Notes: generated from the letters alone by a model not told the origin. Counted from the first letter of the stretch, positions 1-8,951 are shown. The stretch: DNA of 64,000 bases from an uncultured Bifidobacteriaceae bacterium (GCA_964475285.1 CAYYWB010000001.1:6529-70528), one strand, 5' to 3'. Translations and numbers: made by a program.

Positions 1-1
1 T

Positions 2-997
2 CAAGACGGCAGCGGTCGTTACTGGGGCGTTACCCCGCTCAACCTGCCGGAATTATCGCCGGGAACCTTGCAATTGACACTTCACCGGGGCGGTTACGAA
101 CCCGTGCCGGTGTTGCTGGAAATCACCGCCAACGAGACTGCCACGTTCCGCACCAATCTGGTCAGCACCGGCTACACCGGGGCGATGAAATCAGCCCGGA
201 TGTATATGGACGCGGCGGATTACGAAAAAGCAATGCAAGCGCTTGGCGATGCCATTATCGCCAAGCCTGGTGATGCGGACGCCATAGCCTTGCAACGCGA
301 AGCGTCGGGACTTGGAAAAATTCAAAACGCAAAAAAGCTGGCAGCAGAGGGCGATTACATTGGCGGCGGTAAGGAACTGACACTGGCACTCCAATCGTTG
401 CCGGACAACGCGGAAGCCAAGCAATTGATTCCAGACTACAAGCAACATGAGCCGGAACAAATCGAACGGGAGCGGGTGGAACGGTTAAACCGTCCGAAGC
501 AGGTTTTCGATAATGCACTGAGAAATTACATAGATGCCAATTTATTTGACGAACACGAACTCAAGACCAGCAAACCGGCAAAAGATGTGGCCTCTGCCAT
601 TGCCAGCGCATTGCTGTATGTGCAACCCACATACAAGATTGACAAAAACGACTCGCCGAAACCGGAAACATACCGAATTGCCGGAATGCAGGATGTGTCC
701 GGTGTCTTCGTCAATAGCGGCCTGCGACGGTGCATCATCGTCTGCGGCCAGACGACGGATAACGAAACAGAGATTCTTTACAAAGTCATGGAATATAAGG
801 CCAAGCACAACGTATCCATGCACGGTTTGCTGGATTGGCAGTCTGACACGGAATTCATTCCGATTCATCCGTCAACGATTACGAACATGACGGATAAACT
901 GAAAGTCCAGCTTCAAGCCGGTGTGTCAAATTTGACAGTGCGCATTCAAGGGGCGATTGGCCAGAGCCCGGTAGATCAATCAAACGCTCCAAAATAA
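2..997 (+). CDS. hypothetical protein, 5' end off-window; PEGA-like segment followed by helical repeat region
   Basis: The frame is open from base 2 (QDGSGRYWGVTPLNLPELSPGTLQLTLHRGGYEPVPVLLEI, a PEGA-like pattern) into track ORF 68..997. There is no ATG in the window, so the gene probably starts left of it. Confidence 0.5.
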   Translation, partial: QDGSGRYWGVTPLNLPELSPGTLQLTLHRGGYEPVPVLLEITANETATFRTNLVSTGYTGAMKSARMYMDAADYEKAMQALGDAIIAKPGDADAIALQREASGLGKIQNAKKLAAEGDYIGGGKELTLALQSLPDNAEAKQLIPDYKQHEPEQIERERVERLNRPKQVFDNALRNYIDANLFDEHELKTSKPAKDVASAIASALLYVQPTYKIDKNDSPKPETYRIAGMQDVSGVFVNSGLRRCIIVCGQTTDNETEILYKVMEYKAKHNVSMHGLLDWQSDTEFIPIHPSTITNMTDKLKVQLQAGVSNLTVRIQGAIGQSPVDQSNAPK

Positions 998-1099
998 TTG
1001 AGAGCCAACAAATGCATCAAAAGCGGACAGTGTAAAACAGACAAATGATTTTTACTTGAGCCATGACAACATAACTGGCATAGATTTTAACACTAAATT

Positions 1100-1618
1100 A
1101 TGCAGACTCATTTTCAAACCCCAAGCGATATGAATCAAGGTCTGCTGGATTCTGCTTTTTTACTTATCGCAAGTGGGGGGGAAGTGAGGAAAGAAACGCT
1201 TTGGGATCACCTATTAAAAGTTGCTTTACTTGGGTATGTGTTGGACGACAGTAAAATTATTGCCACGGCAGCCATCAAAAGGCCCATGGATACGTATGCA
1301 GATAGTGTTTTCACAAAGGCAATGTCGGATTATGACTATAATGATTTCAACCATGAATTGGGCTATGTTGTGATTGATCCAGATTTTAGAAATAAGAGGA
1401 TTGCTTCGCGGCTATGTGAACAACTTTGTGAGCGATTTTTTCATTGTAGTTTATATGCGACTGTTAGAACAAATAATCCTCATATGCTATCAATTCTTTA
1501 TAGAAATGGCTTTACTGATTCAGGTAATATCTTTAAGGGTAGAGTTGAGACAGATTGCTTAAAGCTTTTAATCCGACTTAAACGTTCTACAATTCCAGCA
1601 ACAAGCTCATATTTTTAA
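1100..1618 (+). CDS. GNAT-family N-acetyltransferase-like protein
   Basis: 172 aa. It has a motif-A-like segment (VVIDPDFRNKRIASRLCEQLCE) and a C-terminal YRNGF. It is the first gene of a tight four-gene operon (gaps of 19, 36 and 11 nt) in a visibly AT-rich segment. Confidence 0.5.
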   Translation: MQTHFQTPSDMNQGLLDSAFLLIASGGEVRKETLWDHLLKVALLGYVLDDSKIIATAAIKRPMDTYADSVFTKAMSDYDYNDFNHELGYVVIDPDFRNKRIASRLCEQLCERFFHCSLYATVRTNNPHMLSILYRNGFTDSGNIFKGRVETDCLKLLIRLKRSTIPATSSYF

Positions 1619-1637
1619 TAAAACCAATTAAATCAAA

Positions 1638-3965
1638 ATGATCGGAAAGAAAGAATCCGAACACAAATCGCCAACGCTTTTAGCATTGGCGACGGTTACT
1701 CGGCGCGCGGCTCAGCAATGTATGGACTTAAGTGATATTGCACGCTTTGGTTCCTGCCTCCTTTGTTCGTTTGCAATTAGCCCAATTTTAGAAGTGGCTT
1801 GGGCAGCCGCAATAATCAGCCTTCTCCTTAAATTGATTTCTTCGGTTCTTGTTGGCCGGGGTAAGCGTATGCACCATGTGTCCAGAGAGGCCCAGAGACT
1901 TGCCTTGTTGGAAGATTCCTTTGGAAAAATAGCGGAGAACTTTCAGCTAGTGGAACTAAAGCGGCGAGTTGGGCCAAAGTTTGAAGCGGCCGCACGCTTT
2001 GCTAGCTTTGAACAACCATATTACAGCTCTAGCCATAAAACTGGGCCTGATAGACTAAAAGAAAGCGTTCAACAAAGCACGTTTTGGAGTAGGCACTTGC
2101 TTGAGCTTTATGCAAAGCGTATACGGAATACAGTCACTATTTTATTTGCCACAGTGATATGCGTGAGCCTTTTCTTCTTCGGCATAGATTTATGGAGTCA
2201 CAATAACAGTATCAACATATATCCGTTGGTTCTAGCTAGTGTAATATTTGCTTGGGGAATGATTGACTATATGTATGTCTATTCACATTGTAAATCTTCC
2301 GCCATACTACTGCATGAAGTTGACCAAAGGCTCGATAATGTTGATGTGTGGAGCCACGACGCATTACTTGCTAATTTTGCGGACTACTCAATTGCCACCC
2401 TTACGGCACCACCAATTCCTTACAAACTTTATCTAAAGCATCACTCATATTTAAAGGGTTTGTGGAGTCAGCGTCTTAGCGGGAAAAATGACATTACTCA
2501 TAATGAAGGCGTCGATTTAAATGATCTATTAATTGACTTCGAGAAATATATTATTCCACCGTGGATTGAGGAAAATGCATTTTTAAACCTTTTGCAATCT
2601 GCGGCTATAGAAATGTCGAAGATATCTGATAAACCACTACCATCAAAAATGGCCGTTAATAGGCAGCCTGGTTATAGTGGCACTCCTGTTTTCGAGATCA
2701 AATTGTATCAGGGAAATATGCTGTGGCGGCAATTAATTCTGCGACTCCATAAGACTCCAGAAAAAGCAAAGGCAGAACTGGATATAGTCCGAAAAATCAG
2801 CAATGAAATGGTGGATGTCGTTTCTTATTGCCCATTAGAGGAGCCATTTATTTCTCAGGGAGCGCTGTTTTATTACCACGCTAATATACAGACTAACGAT
2901 CAACTTTATTATGTAAATGAATTTGTCGAGAATTATATTACGACTGGTGCTGTAGATTTCGATAGCTACTTCAACAAAATGTTCCAAGGCTTTCGAAGCG
3001 TTTCGAAGGCGTATAATAATATTCGCGATTGCAAACTCGAAACCTTTGCCAACTCGTTTTCAACTATAAATTGGGGAATGCCGCCTGCTTACATATTGGA
3101 TCTTAGACAAGTTAAATATGAATTGCTTGATAATGTTTTAAAAATTCCAAATTATGGGCGTTTCCCATCTGAAACCGATCAAGTCTTGAGTTCCCCTGTT
3201 AGTGTATCAACTGAAGCCTGGACTCAATGCACATTCCAGGTCCTTGAAATAAGGAACTATTCAGGGACGATATATGAAATCGACATCAGTTTTCCAAGTG
3301 GGATATGCAGGATTTTGATAGATAGTGATCGGGTTAAGGATCACATCTCTGCGCTTAGCAGAAAAGTCGAGTTGCTTTTAGTTCCTAAAAATTGTTTGCA
3401 AACACTTCAAGAGTATTTTCTTCTTGAGTTCAAAATTGTTCTTCCACAACTTGATCCAGTTAAGAACCTTTTGGAATTAAAAGCAAAAAGTCCCAGAGAG
3501 GGTTTGCATTTTGGATTTAGGCACACCGATTTGCACTGCCGGAATTGCCTCGTTTCAAGGTCAAATTTCAAAGTGATTGATGTGGGGGACTCGTGCGAAG
3601 CGATGATTTGCAGTGACATCGCACGATTGGAAATTTCGTTAATTTCCAGTTTGGTGCGATGTCGTAAACTCGAAATTGGGGAAGTTAAAGAAATGCTTGA
3701 GTTAATCGACGGACTCAACCTGCCAACAGCTTCACCTAAAGCAGTGACGGTAGCTAAAATCATTCAACAGATAAGAACGAGCCTCATTTCAGAGTTTAAA
3801 GCAAATCCTACCGAATTTGACTTTATTTTGAGTTATTATATCGAATGTTGTCGGCAAATATCGTATTCAACGTCGTCACCGATGAGTTTGAGCAGGGGCA
3901 TAGACCCCTTGATCCAATATTGGAACAGCAAATTGACCACACAATTGACAAAATATGCAAATTGA
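1638..3965 (+). CDS. multi-pass membrane protein with C-terminal kinase-like (APH / protein-kinase fold) domain
   Basis: 775 aa. There are 3-4 hydrophobic helices in the first ~215 aa (CLLCSFAISPILEVAWAAAIISLLLKLISSVLV; VTILFATVICVSLFFFGIDLW; IYPLVLASVIFAWGMIDYMYVY). Near the C-terminus, HTDLHCRNCLV...KVIDVGDS fits the HxDxxxxN catalytic loop plus the downstream metal-binding Asp. Confidence 0.45.
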   Translation: MIGKKESEHKSPTLLALATVTRRAAQQCMDLSDIARFGSCLLCSFAISPILEVAWAAAIISLLLKLISSVLVGRGKRMHHVSREAQRLALLEDSFGKIAENFQLVELKRRVGPKFEAAARFASFEQPYYSSSHKTGPDRLKESVQQSTFWSRHLLELYAKRIRNTVTILFATVICVSLFFFGIDLWSHNNSINIYPLVLASVIFAWGMIDYMYVYSHCKSSAILLHEVDQRLDNVDVWSHDALLANFADYSIATLTAPPIPYKLYLKHHSYLKGLWSQRLSGKNDITHNEGVDLNDLLIDFEKYIIPPWIEENAFLNLLQSAAIEMSKISDKPLPSKMAVNRQPGYSGTPVFEIKLYQGNMLWRQLILRLHKTPEKAKAELDIVRKISNEMVDVVSYCPLEEPFISQGALFYYHANIQTNDQLYYVNEFVENYITTGAVDFDSYFNKMFQGFRSVSKAYNNIRDCKLETFANSFSTINWGMPPAYILDLRQVKYELLDNVLKIPNYGRFPSETDQVLSSPVSVSTEAWTQCTFQVLEIRNYSGTIYEIDISFPSGICRILIDSDRVKDHISALSRKVELLLVPKNCLQTLQEYFLLEFKIVLPQLDPVKNLLELKAKSPREGLHFGFRHTDLHCRNCLVSRSNFKVIDVGDSCEAMICSDIARLEISLISSLVRCRKLEIGEVKEMLELIDGLNLPTASPKAVTVAKIIQQIRTSLISEFKANPTEFDFILSYYIECCRQISYSTSSPMSLSRGIDPLIQYWNSKLTTQLTKYAN

Positions 3966-4001
3966 TGTAAGCTTAACTCGTGTAACTATAAATATACTAA
4001 T

Positions 4002-4631
4002 ATGAACGATAACTTAGCCAATTTAAGTAGTGTTGTAGAAACCATCTTTTCAAATTCAACTCAGAAGAAATACTGGGGTCACACGTTGCGCGTTCTTAAG
4101 TTCGCAAAAAGTATTGGGCTGAAGGAGGGCGCGAGCATGAATATTTTGCTGCCAGCGACGTTACTGCACGACATTGGAAACACGGTTGATGCAAGTTTTA
4201 GTGGGCACGTAAAAAAATCACAATTGCTGGGTAAATACATACTGCAAGGATTCGGATATGATGAACATTCAATAACTTCAATTCTTAAAGTAATTGGGTC
4301 TCACCACCCGGACCCTGGACTTCCTTTAGAAACAATCGAAGAAAAGGTTCTTTTTGATGCTGATAATATGGAAATCATTGGGGTTTTTGGCTCCTTGCGT
4401 TGGATTGGCAGCCTTCCGCAAACAATGACTGAATTGAATTCTTCGATGGATCTATTTATTGGTATTGTTGATAAATGTGTAGCCGCTAGAGGCTCACTTT
4501 TCTACACGGAGTCTGCAAAGAAACTCGGCGGTGAGGCGCTTCGTTCAACATTGGATTACTACAAGAAAATGAAGCAGTATATTTTACAATTTGATGATAA
4601 CGACGAAAATCCGCGACCAATGGTGTTTTAA
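4002..4631 (+). CDS. HD-domain metal-dependent phosphohydrolase
   Basis: 209 aa. The H..HD..H..D ligand pattern is present: HTLRVLKFA, LLHDIGN, GSHHP, FDADNME. Confidence 0.6.
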   Translation: MNDNLANLSSVVETIFSNSTQKKYWGHTLRVLKFAKSIGLKEGASMNILLPATLLHDIGNTVDASFSGHVKKSQLLGKYILQGFGYDEHSITSILKVIGSHHPDPGLPLETIEEKVLFDADNMEIIGVFGSLRWIGSLPQTMTELNSSMDLFIGIVDKCVAARGSLFYTESAKKLGGEALRSTLDYYKKMKQYILQFDDNDENPRPMVF

Positions 4632-4642
4632 CGGGGGGAGCT

Positions 4643-5215
4643 ATGCAAAGTGACCACACGGACGCTAAAGTATTAATTGGATTGGTGGGATTTCGCTGCT
4701 GTGGGAAAAGTGAGTTGCGCAAAATAATAAGTGGTCTTGGTTATCCGGTCTTTGATACCAATTCCGTCAAAACAGGTGATTCAGACGCGGATCAAATTCC
4801 CATGGACGAGATTCTCCATCGATACGGAAATAATACTTCATACCTTCTATTCCTTAAAAGCGCTCTCGAAGTATTTGCTAATTCAAATAGGGGGATTCTT
4901 TTTATCGATAGCCTCAAAGCTGCAAAGGATTCACACGTTCTAAAAAGTCTGTTCCCGAATTACCATCAAGAAATATGGTATCTGCATGCTTCATTTAAGA
5001 CCCGTATGTCTAGGTATACAAATCGAGATATTCGGACAAATATTCGCACTGGGAAACTTGAGGATCATGATAGCGCACTCGAAAAATATGGAATCTTAGA
5101 ATTAATCAAAGAATCAAATGAGATTTTGAATATGGAGTTAGAGCTTTCAGAGGTGCGTGGCCTTGTAACGGGGTTAATAGCTAAGGTCGCAAAAGAGCAT
5201 CATGTGCAGGATTAA
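4643..5215 (+). CDS. P-loop nucleotide/nucleoside kinase-like protein (dephospho-CoA kinase-like layout)
   Basis: 190 aa. An N-terminal Walker A (LVGFRCCGKSE) is followed by GYPVFDTN. The size fits small P-loop kinases. Confidence 0.4.
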   Translation: MQSDHTDAKVLIGLVGFRCCGKSELRKIISGLGYPVFDTNSVKTGDSDADQIPMDEILHRYGNNTSYLLFLKSALEVFANSNRGILFIDSLKAAKDSHVLKSLFPNYHQEIWYLHASFKTRMSRYTNRDIRTNIRTGKLEDHDSALEKYGILELIKESNEILNMELELSEVRGLVTGLIAKVAKEHHVQD

Positions 5216-5402
5216 CAAAATGGAAACCGAGAACTTTTAGGGTGGAACATTAATAGGCCGGATGGGATGCTAGTTGCCAGTTGCGGGTAAAACGAGGCAC
5301 GTGGCTGTGGACCGGCTGCTGGACGCGCCCAACTTCTCGGTCGCGTTGAACACACTGGGCAAAGATGCCAGCGCTTTGGGACGCAAGGAGGAAATTGATA
5401 AC

Positions 5403-5434
5403 AAAAAAGCCCCGGCCATTTCTGGGCGGGGTTG
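5403..5434 (-). terminator. rho-independent terminator closing the leftward backbone operon
   Basis: The minus strand reads CCCCGCCCAGAAATGGCCGGGGCTTTTTTGT (GC stem plus T-run), immediately after the stop at 5438. Confidence 0.55.
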
Positions 5435-5437
5435 TTT

Positions 5438-5617
5438 CTATGCCATTTCAACTTGAAACAATGCGGGCTGCGCCGCTGCTGCAAGCAGGCGTGCTTTCTC
5501 GGCTTGTTCACGCTCGCGGGTAATGCGCTCGCCGTCTTTGGTGCAATCTCCAAACAAGTTGAACGTGCTTGGTGTGAAGCCGAATTCATTTTGCGGAATC
5601 GGCATGGGTTGAGCCAT
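5438..5617 (-). CDS. small hypothetical protein (59 aa, below ORF-track cutoff)
   Basis: Hand translation gives MAQPMPIPQNEFGFTPSTFNLFGDCTKDGERITREREQAEKARLLAAAAQPALFQVEMA. It lies 11 nt downstream of the RadC-like gene and just before the terminator. No clear RBS. Confidence 0.3.
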   Translation of the reverse strand: MAQPMPIPQNEFGFTPSTFNLFGDCTKDGERITREREQAEKARLLAAAAQPALFQVEMA

Positions 5618-5628
5618 TTCATAACCGA

Positions 5629-6114
5629 TTAGCCGTAAAAATACCCAGCTTCTCGTAACGATGAACGCCCAGGGTTTCCCATAATAACGTGGTCAATCAC
5701 CTCAATTTTCAGCAACTGGCCGGCGCGAATGAGATCGCGTGTCACTTTAATGTCAGCCTCGCTCGGCGTTGGGTCGCCGGAAGGGTGGTTGTGCATGAGC
5801 ACGATGGCTGACGCGCAGCCAACCACTGCAACCCGGAACACCTCGCGCGGATGCACCAACACCGTGTCCATCGTGCCAATGGTCACAAGCTGATGTCCTT
5901 TCACCCGGCGGCGCGTGTTCAGTAGGATGACCACCAAACACTCGCGTTCCGGGTCGAAATACGGATGCGTCGCAATGTGCATCCGCCAGTAGTCGGCAGC
6001 CTGATCCGGCGTCTCGCAAGTGAGCATATACTCCGGCACCGGACAATCCCGCAGGGCAACCACCTTGAATTCCTTCGGATTGAAGTCATTCATGGGCGGC
6101 CTCGCTTTCCGCAA
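5629..6114 (-). CDS. radC: RadC-like JAB/MPN domain protein
   Basis: JAMM motif HNHPSGDPTPSEADIKVT. The size and context (next to ArdC) are typical of mobile-element RadC. An alternative start MNDF lies at 6093. Confidence 0.8.
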   Translation of the reverse strand: MRKARPPMNDFNPKEFKVVALRDCPVPEYMLTCETPDQAADYWRMHIATHPYFDPERECLVVILLNTRRRVKGHQLVTIGTMDTVLVHPREVFRVAVVGCASAIVLMHNHPSGDPTPSEADIKVTRDLIRAGQLLKIEVIDHVIMGNPGRSSLREAGYFYG

Positions 6115-6940
6115 ACGTCCGGCCCAGAATGAAGTCCGCCGCCCTCTGCGCCTGCGCCGCCGCAGAGACGATGAGCGTCCGGTCGTTTTGTAACTGCTTC
6201 AGCCAGCCTTCAAGGTAAGCGGCCGAGTTGTCAATCGTCCGATCAACGATGCCGGCGTAACCGCACAGAAACGCACTGCCGAGTTCGGCGATCAATTCCT
6301 CTTTGCAGTAGGGATCGGAGCCGAAACCGTTGCGCTCGGCGATGCTGGCGCGATTCAGCCGCTTTTCACTGCCGGTGGAGTGAATGAGTTCGTGGAAAAG
6401 CGTGGCATAATAGCCGGCTTCGCTGTCGAACCGTTCCCGCTCCGGCATTCCGACGCAATCTTCGCGCGGGGAATAGAATGCCTGGGCCATGCCGTGCTTT
6501 ATGACGGGCGGCTGCGGCATACCTGCCACAATCTCCGCCGGTTTGGTGACGGGCATTTGAATTTCTCCCGGCGCGTCTTTCAAGCCTTCGCATTGTGCGA
6601 CATTGAAGACGTGATACAGGCGGAGCAGCGGAGCTTTCTTCGGCTCGTCTGATTCCTCGTTCTCATTCTTCATCCGTTTCCAGAAAACTACGGGACAGGC
6701 TTTCTCGCCCTTCTTCACGTTGCCGCCAAGCTGGATGGCCTGACGGAATGTGAGCCAATGGGGCGATTCGTAGCTCGTGGCCATGAGCAGGAATACATTG
6801 ATGCCGCGATACGGCTTTTTGCTGATGAGATTCCGGGGCAGGCCAGTTTTGACCGTCCACGGTTTGTGCCAGGGAACCGTGCCTTGCTCCAGCAAGGACA
6901 CGATCCGTTCGGTGATGCGCTCATACGAGTGAATATTCAT
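6086..6940 (-). CDS. ardC: ArdC-like antirestriction protein (ssDNA-binding N-domain + zincin metalloprotease)
   Basis: N-terminal GTVPWHKPW and C-terminal HELIHSTG (HExxH). I chose the start MNIHSYERI at 6940 because it is preceded by GGAG; the longer track ORF reads through the upstream repeat cassette. Confidence 0.8.
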   Translation of the reverse strand: MNIHSYERITERIVSLLEQGTVPWHKPWTVKTGLPRNLISKKPYRGINVFLLMATSYESPHWLTFRQAIQLGGNVKKGEKACPVVFWKRMKNENEESDEPKKAPLLRLYHVFNVAQCEGLKDAPGEIQMPVTKPAEIVAGMPQPPVIKHGMAQAFYSPREDCVGMPERERFDSEAGYYATLFHELIHSTGSEKRLNRASIAERNGFGSDPYCKEELIAELGSAFLCGYAGIVDRTIDNSAAYLEGWLKQLQNDRTLIVSAAAQAQRAADFILGRTFAESEAAHE

Positions 6941-7086
6941 GTGATTTCTCCTATTATTGGTTTGAAAAAGAACCCTGTGAACCCACTGTGAAGCGTATGG
7001 CAGCACACGAAATCGCCATAGACGGGACGACTTGCCAGATATGGCAAGTGAGAAAAAAGGGCGACCCGGATGGATCGCCCTTGTGT
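6941..7086 (-). repeat. intergenic cassette copy 1 (hairpin/T-run + 20-bp palindrome 7030-7049 + conserved leader)
   Basis: In gene direction it reads GGGCGATCCATCCGGGTCGCCCTTTTTT, then ACTTGCCATATCTGGCAAGT, then CGTC-CCGTCT, then GCCATACGCTTCAC..GGGTTCACAGGGTTC, then RBS and ATG. It is about 85 percent identical by eye to copies 2 and 4. Confidence 0.8.
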
Positions 7087-7200
7087 TTAGTCATCTTCGG
7101 GCATCAAAACCGATGTCGCGGAGCGATCTGCCCCGGTGATGAATTTGGCGCCATTGGAGGTGTGATATACCCACCTCGTTTTTCGTCCGGTCTTGTTCAT
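7087..7200 (-). pseudogene. C-terminal fragment of a paralog of the 9728..10015 gene
   Basis: Hand translation gives ..MNKTGRKTRWVYHTSNGAKFITGADRSATSVLMPEDD*, versus ..RLWSAYHTGNGVKFWLITEADRSVTSVLMPEDY* in the full copy. The DNA is alignable with a 6-nt in-frame gap. There is no upstream Met in frame beyond 37 codons. Confidence 0.4.
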
Positions 7201-7213
7201 CCACGTCACCCGA

Positions 7214-7495
7214 TCACCCGCCTGATGGCATTTGTTGCCTTCGAGGCTGTCCGGGCTGGTTGCCGATCCACTCGAAAGCCCGGGCGGCGATCAGGCTGAC
7301 AACCAAAAGGTTGTTGCGGCCGAAGCTTGTGGAATTCTTCCAGGAATCGCCGTCCTTGTAGGACCGCTGGAAGGTGACGTTGAACATCTGGCCTTTATCC
7401 GTCTCCTGGCGCCAGATGCTGGCGCTGACGGCACCGTGGCGGATCTTGTGGACGGGTTGACTGTTTGATGCACTAACTGGCGTTTGATTTTCCAT
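7214..7495 (-). CDS. hypothetical protein (93 aa)
   Basis: The start MENQTPVSASN at 7495 is preceded by AGGAG. The longer track ORF reads through cassette copy 2. Confidence 0.5.
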   Translation of the reverse strand: MENQTPVSASNSQPVHKIRHGAVSASIWRQETDKGQMFNVTFQRSYKDGDSWKNSTSFGRNNLLVVSLIAARAFEWIGNQPGQPRRQQMPSGG

Positions 7496-7650
7496 GTAAT
7501 ACTCCTGTGGTTGTTTGTTGATTTGAAAGAACCCTGTGAACCCTCGACCAAGCGTATGGCAGCGCACGAAATTGCCAAAGACGGTCTGACTTGCCAGATG
7601 TGGCAAGTGAGAAAAACGGCGACCCATTGAGTCGCCCTTGTGTTTTCTTC
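7496..7650 (-). repeat. intergenic cassette copy 2 (palindrome 7589-7608)
   Basis: Same architecture and near-identical leader as copy 1: ACTTGCCAGATGTGGCAAGT plus the hairpin GGCGACCCATTGAGTCGCC. Confidence 0.8.
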
Positions 7651-7680
7651 GATATAACGAGCGGTGCTGGCGGTAAATGA

Positions 7681-7712
7681 AAAAACCGGTCACACTGGCT
7701 GGGTGTGACCGG
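7681..7712 (-). terminator. rho-independent terminator after the ligase gene
   Basis: The minus strand reads CCGGTCACACCCAGCCAGTGTGACCGGTTTTT (9-bp stem plus T-run), 13 nt after the stop at 7725. Confidence 0.65.
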
Positions 7713-7724
7713 CTGATATGCCCC

Positions 7725-8801
7725 TTACTCCGCCTTGAATTTGAGTTGCGACATCAGGCATTCGCCGGGTTCAACGTCATCGCGTGGCCCCAGATACACG
7801 GGCTGATACAGGGATAGGCTGTCCCGGTAGGCGTAGAGATAACGCACCTCCACGACCGCGCCGACCGGCGGAATTTGATGGTTGGCCGGGATGGTGACGT
7901 TGCCGCACGAAACCAGGCTCCGTCCCTGAAACAAACTCACCTCCACGCTGCGCCGCATGTTCACATTGGCCACTATCGCCGACACCGTGGCGACAAATTT
8001 GAACTTCAACTGCGGCCCGCCCCGGTTGGGTTTGCCCGGGACATGGGGCGCATCGAGCCGTTTGAACACGATGCCCTCCCGGTTCTCCCGCCGCAACCGT
8101 TCCCAAAGTTCGGTCTTTTGCCGGGTCTTGAACGCGGTTTCGACCAGCCGGACATGCTTGAGTTCCGGACTGGATGACAAGAGGAGATCCGCCAGCCGCG
8201 CGAATCGCTCCCGATACGGCAACGGACGCAAGTTGTCGCCATGGAGTTCAAGCAAGTCGAAGGCGTGGTAGTCGTCACCGACGGATTCGCCGTCGGGGAT
8301 GAAGCTGCCGGATAAACAACGGAGCTCGTTGGCCACGGTCTGCGGCAAGCCGACGATCAATCCCTTTTTGTTTATCCCCTCAATCCGTTCGTCCTCTTTG
8401 CGGATCAACAGGTGCCGCCCGTCGAATTTTTCCTGCGCACAATAGCTGTCGTCGCGCAAAAGGGCTTCGACCTCGGCTTCCTCGACCGGATTCGGCAGTT
8501 GGGGCAGGATGCCCGATGGCTGCCTGCCGGCGTGCTCATACGGCGTGCCGTCCGGGCCCTCGGTATAACCCTTGGCTTTCTTTTCGCCGACGAGCTTGGC
8601 GTGGATTTTCCTGGCCGTGTCATAATCCACCGGCGAAGAGGTCTTCGTCCCAGTCGAGAGGGTGGCGCCCCGCCGTCCATAGGCGAAGTTGACGACGAAA
8701 TTGCCGCCGGCCGCTTCAATCGCGGCCTGATAGACCTTGTCCGACGTGCCGGCCCGGTAATATAACGTCACGCGATCTGGTGTTGTGCTGACTGCATTCA
8801 T
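7725..8801 (-). CDS. WGR domain fused to ATP-dependent DNA ligase
   Basis: The N-terminus has a WGR-like pattern (VTLYYRAGTSDKVYQAAIE..FAYGRRGATLSTGTKT). The adenylation motif I is EKFDGRHLL (KxDG). Confidence 0.75.
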   Translation of the reverse strand: MNAVSTTPDRVTLYYRAGTSDKVYQAAIEAAGGNFVVNFAYGRRGATLSTGTKTSSPVDYDTARKIHAKLVGEKKAKGYTEGPDGTPYEHAGRQPSGILPQLPNPVEEAEVEALLRDDSYCAQEKFDGRHLLIRKEDERIEGINKKGLIVGLPQTVANELRCLSGSFIPDGESVGDDYHAFDLLELHGDNLRPLPYRERFARLADLLLSSSPELKHVRLVETAFKTRQKTELWERLRRENREGIVFKRLDAPHVPGKPNRGGPQLKFKFVATVSAIVANVNMRRSVEVSLFQGRSLVSCGNVTIPANHQIPPVGAVVEVRYLYAYRDSLSLYQPVYLGPRDDVEPGECLMSQLKFKAE

Positions 8802-8951
8802 GTTGTTCCTTTCTTTTGGTTGTTGTTTGTGAAGAACCTGTGTTCCCAGGATAAATACTGGGGCCAGACGGCGATGGAGTGGAGACGGCAGGACTTGCCA
8901 AATACGGCAAGTGAGAAAAAGGGCGATCCTGATGGATCGCCCTTGTGCCAG
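8802..8951 (-). repeat. intergenic cassette copy 3 (palindrome 8893-8912, diverged leader)
   Basis: ACTTGCCAAATACGGCAAGT plus the hairpin GGGCGATCCTGATGGATCGCCC. The leader is more diverged than in copies 1, 2 and 4. Confidence 0.7.

Noticed and set aside
5215-5437. I looked for a tRNA gene or direct repeats that would mark an integration site at the left junction.
   Set aside because: I could not recognise a cloverleaf or a T-loop (GGTTCGAnnCC) signature here or anywhere else in the window. The 60-aa ORF 5274..5456 has no start context. This is a by-eye search only, so a tRNAscan run could overturn it.
6988-7299. Plus-strand ORFs (6988..7299, 8820..9440, 9647..10075) span the intergenic cassettes.
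   Set aside because: They run antisense through terminator hairpins, palindromes and the minus-strand genes. Their similarity to each other simply reflects the repeated cassette DNA.
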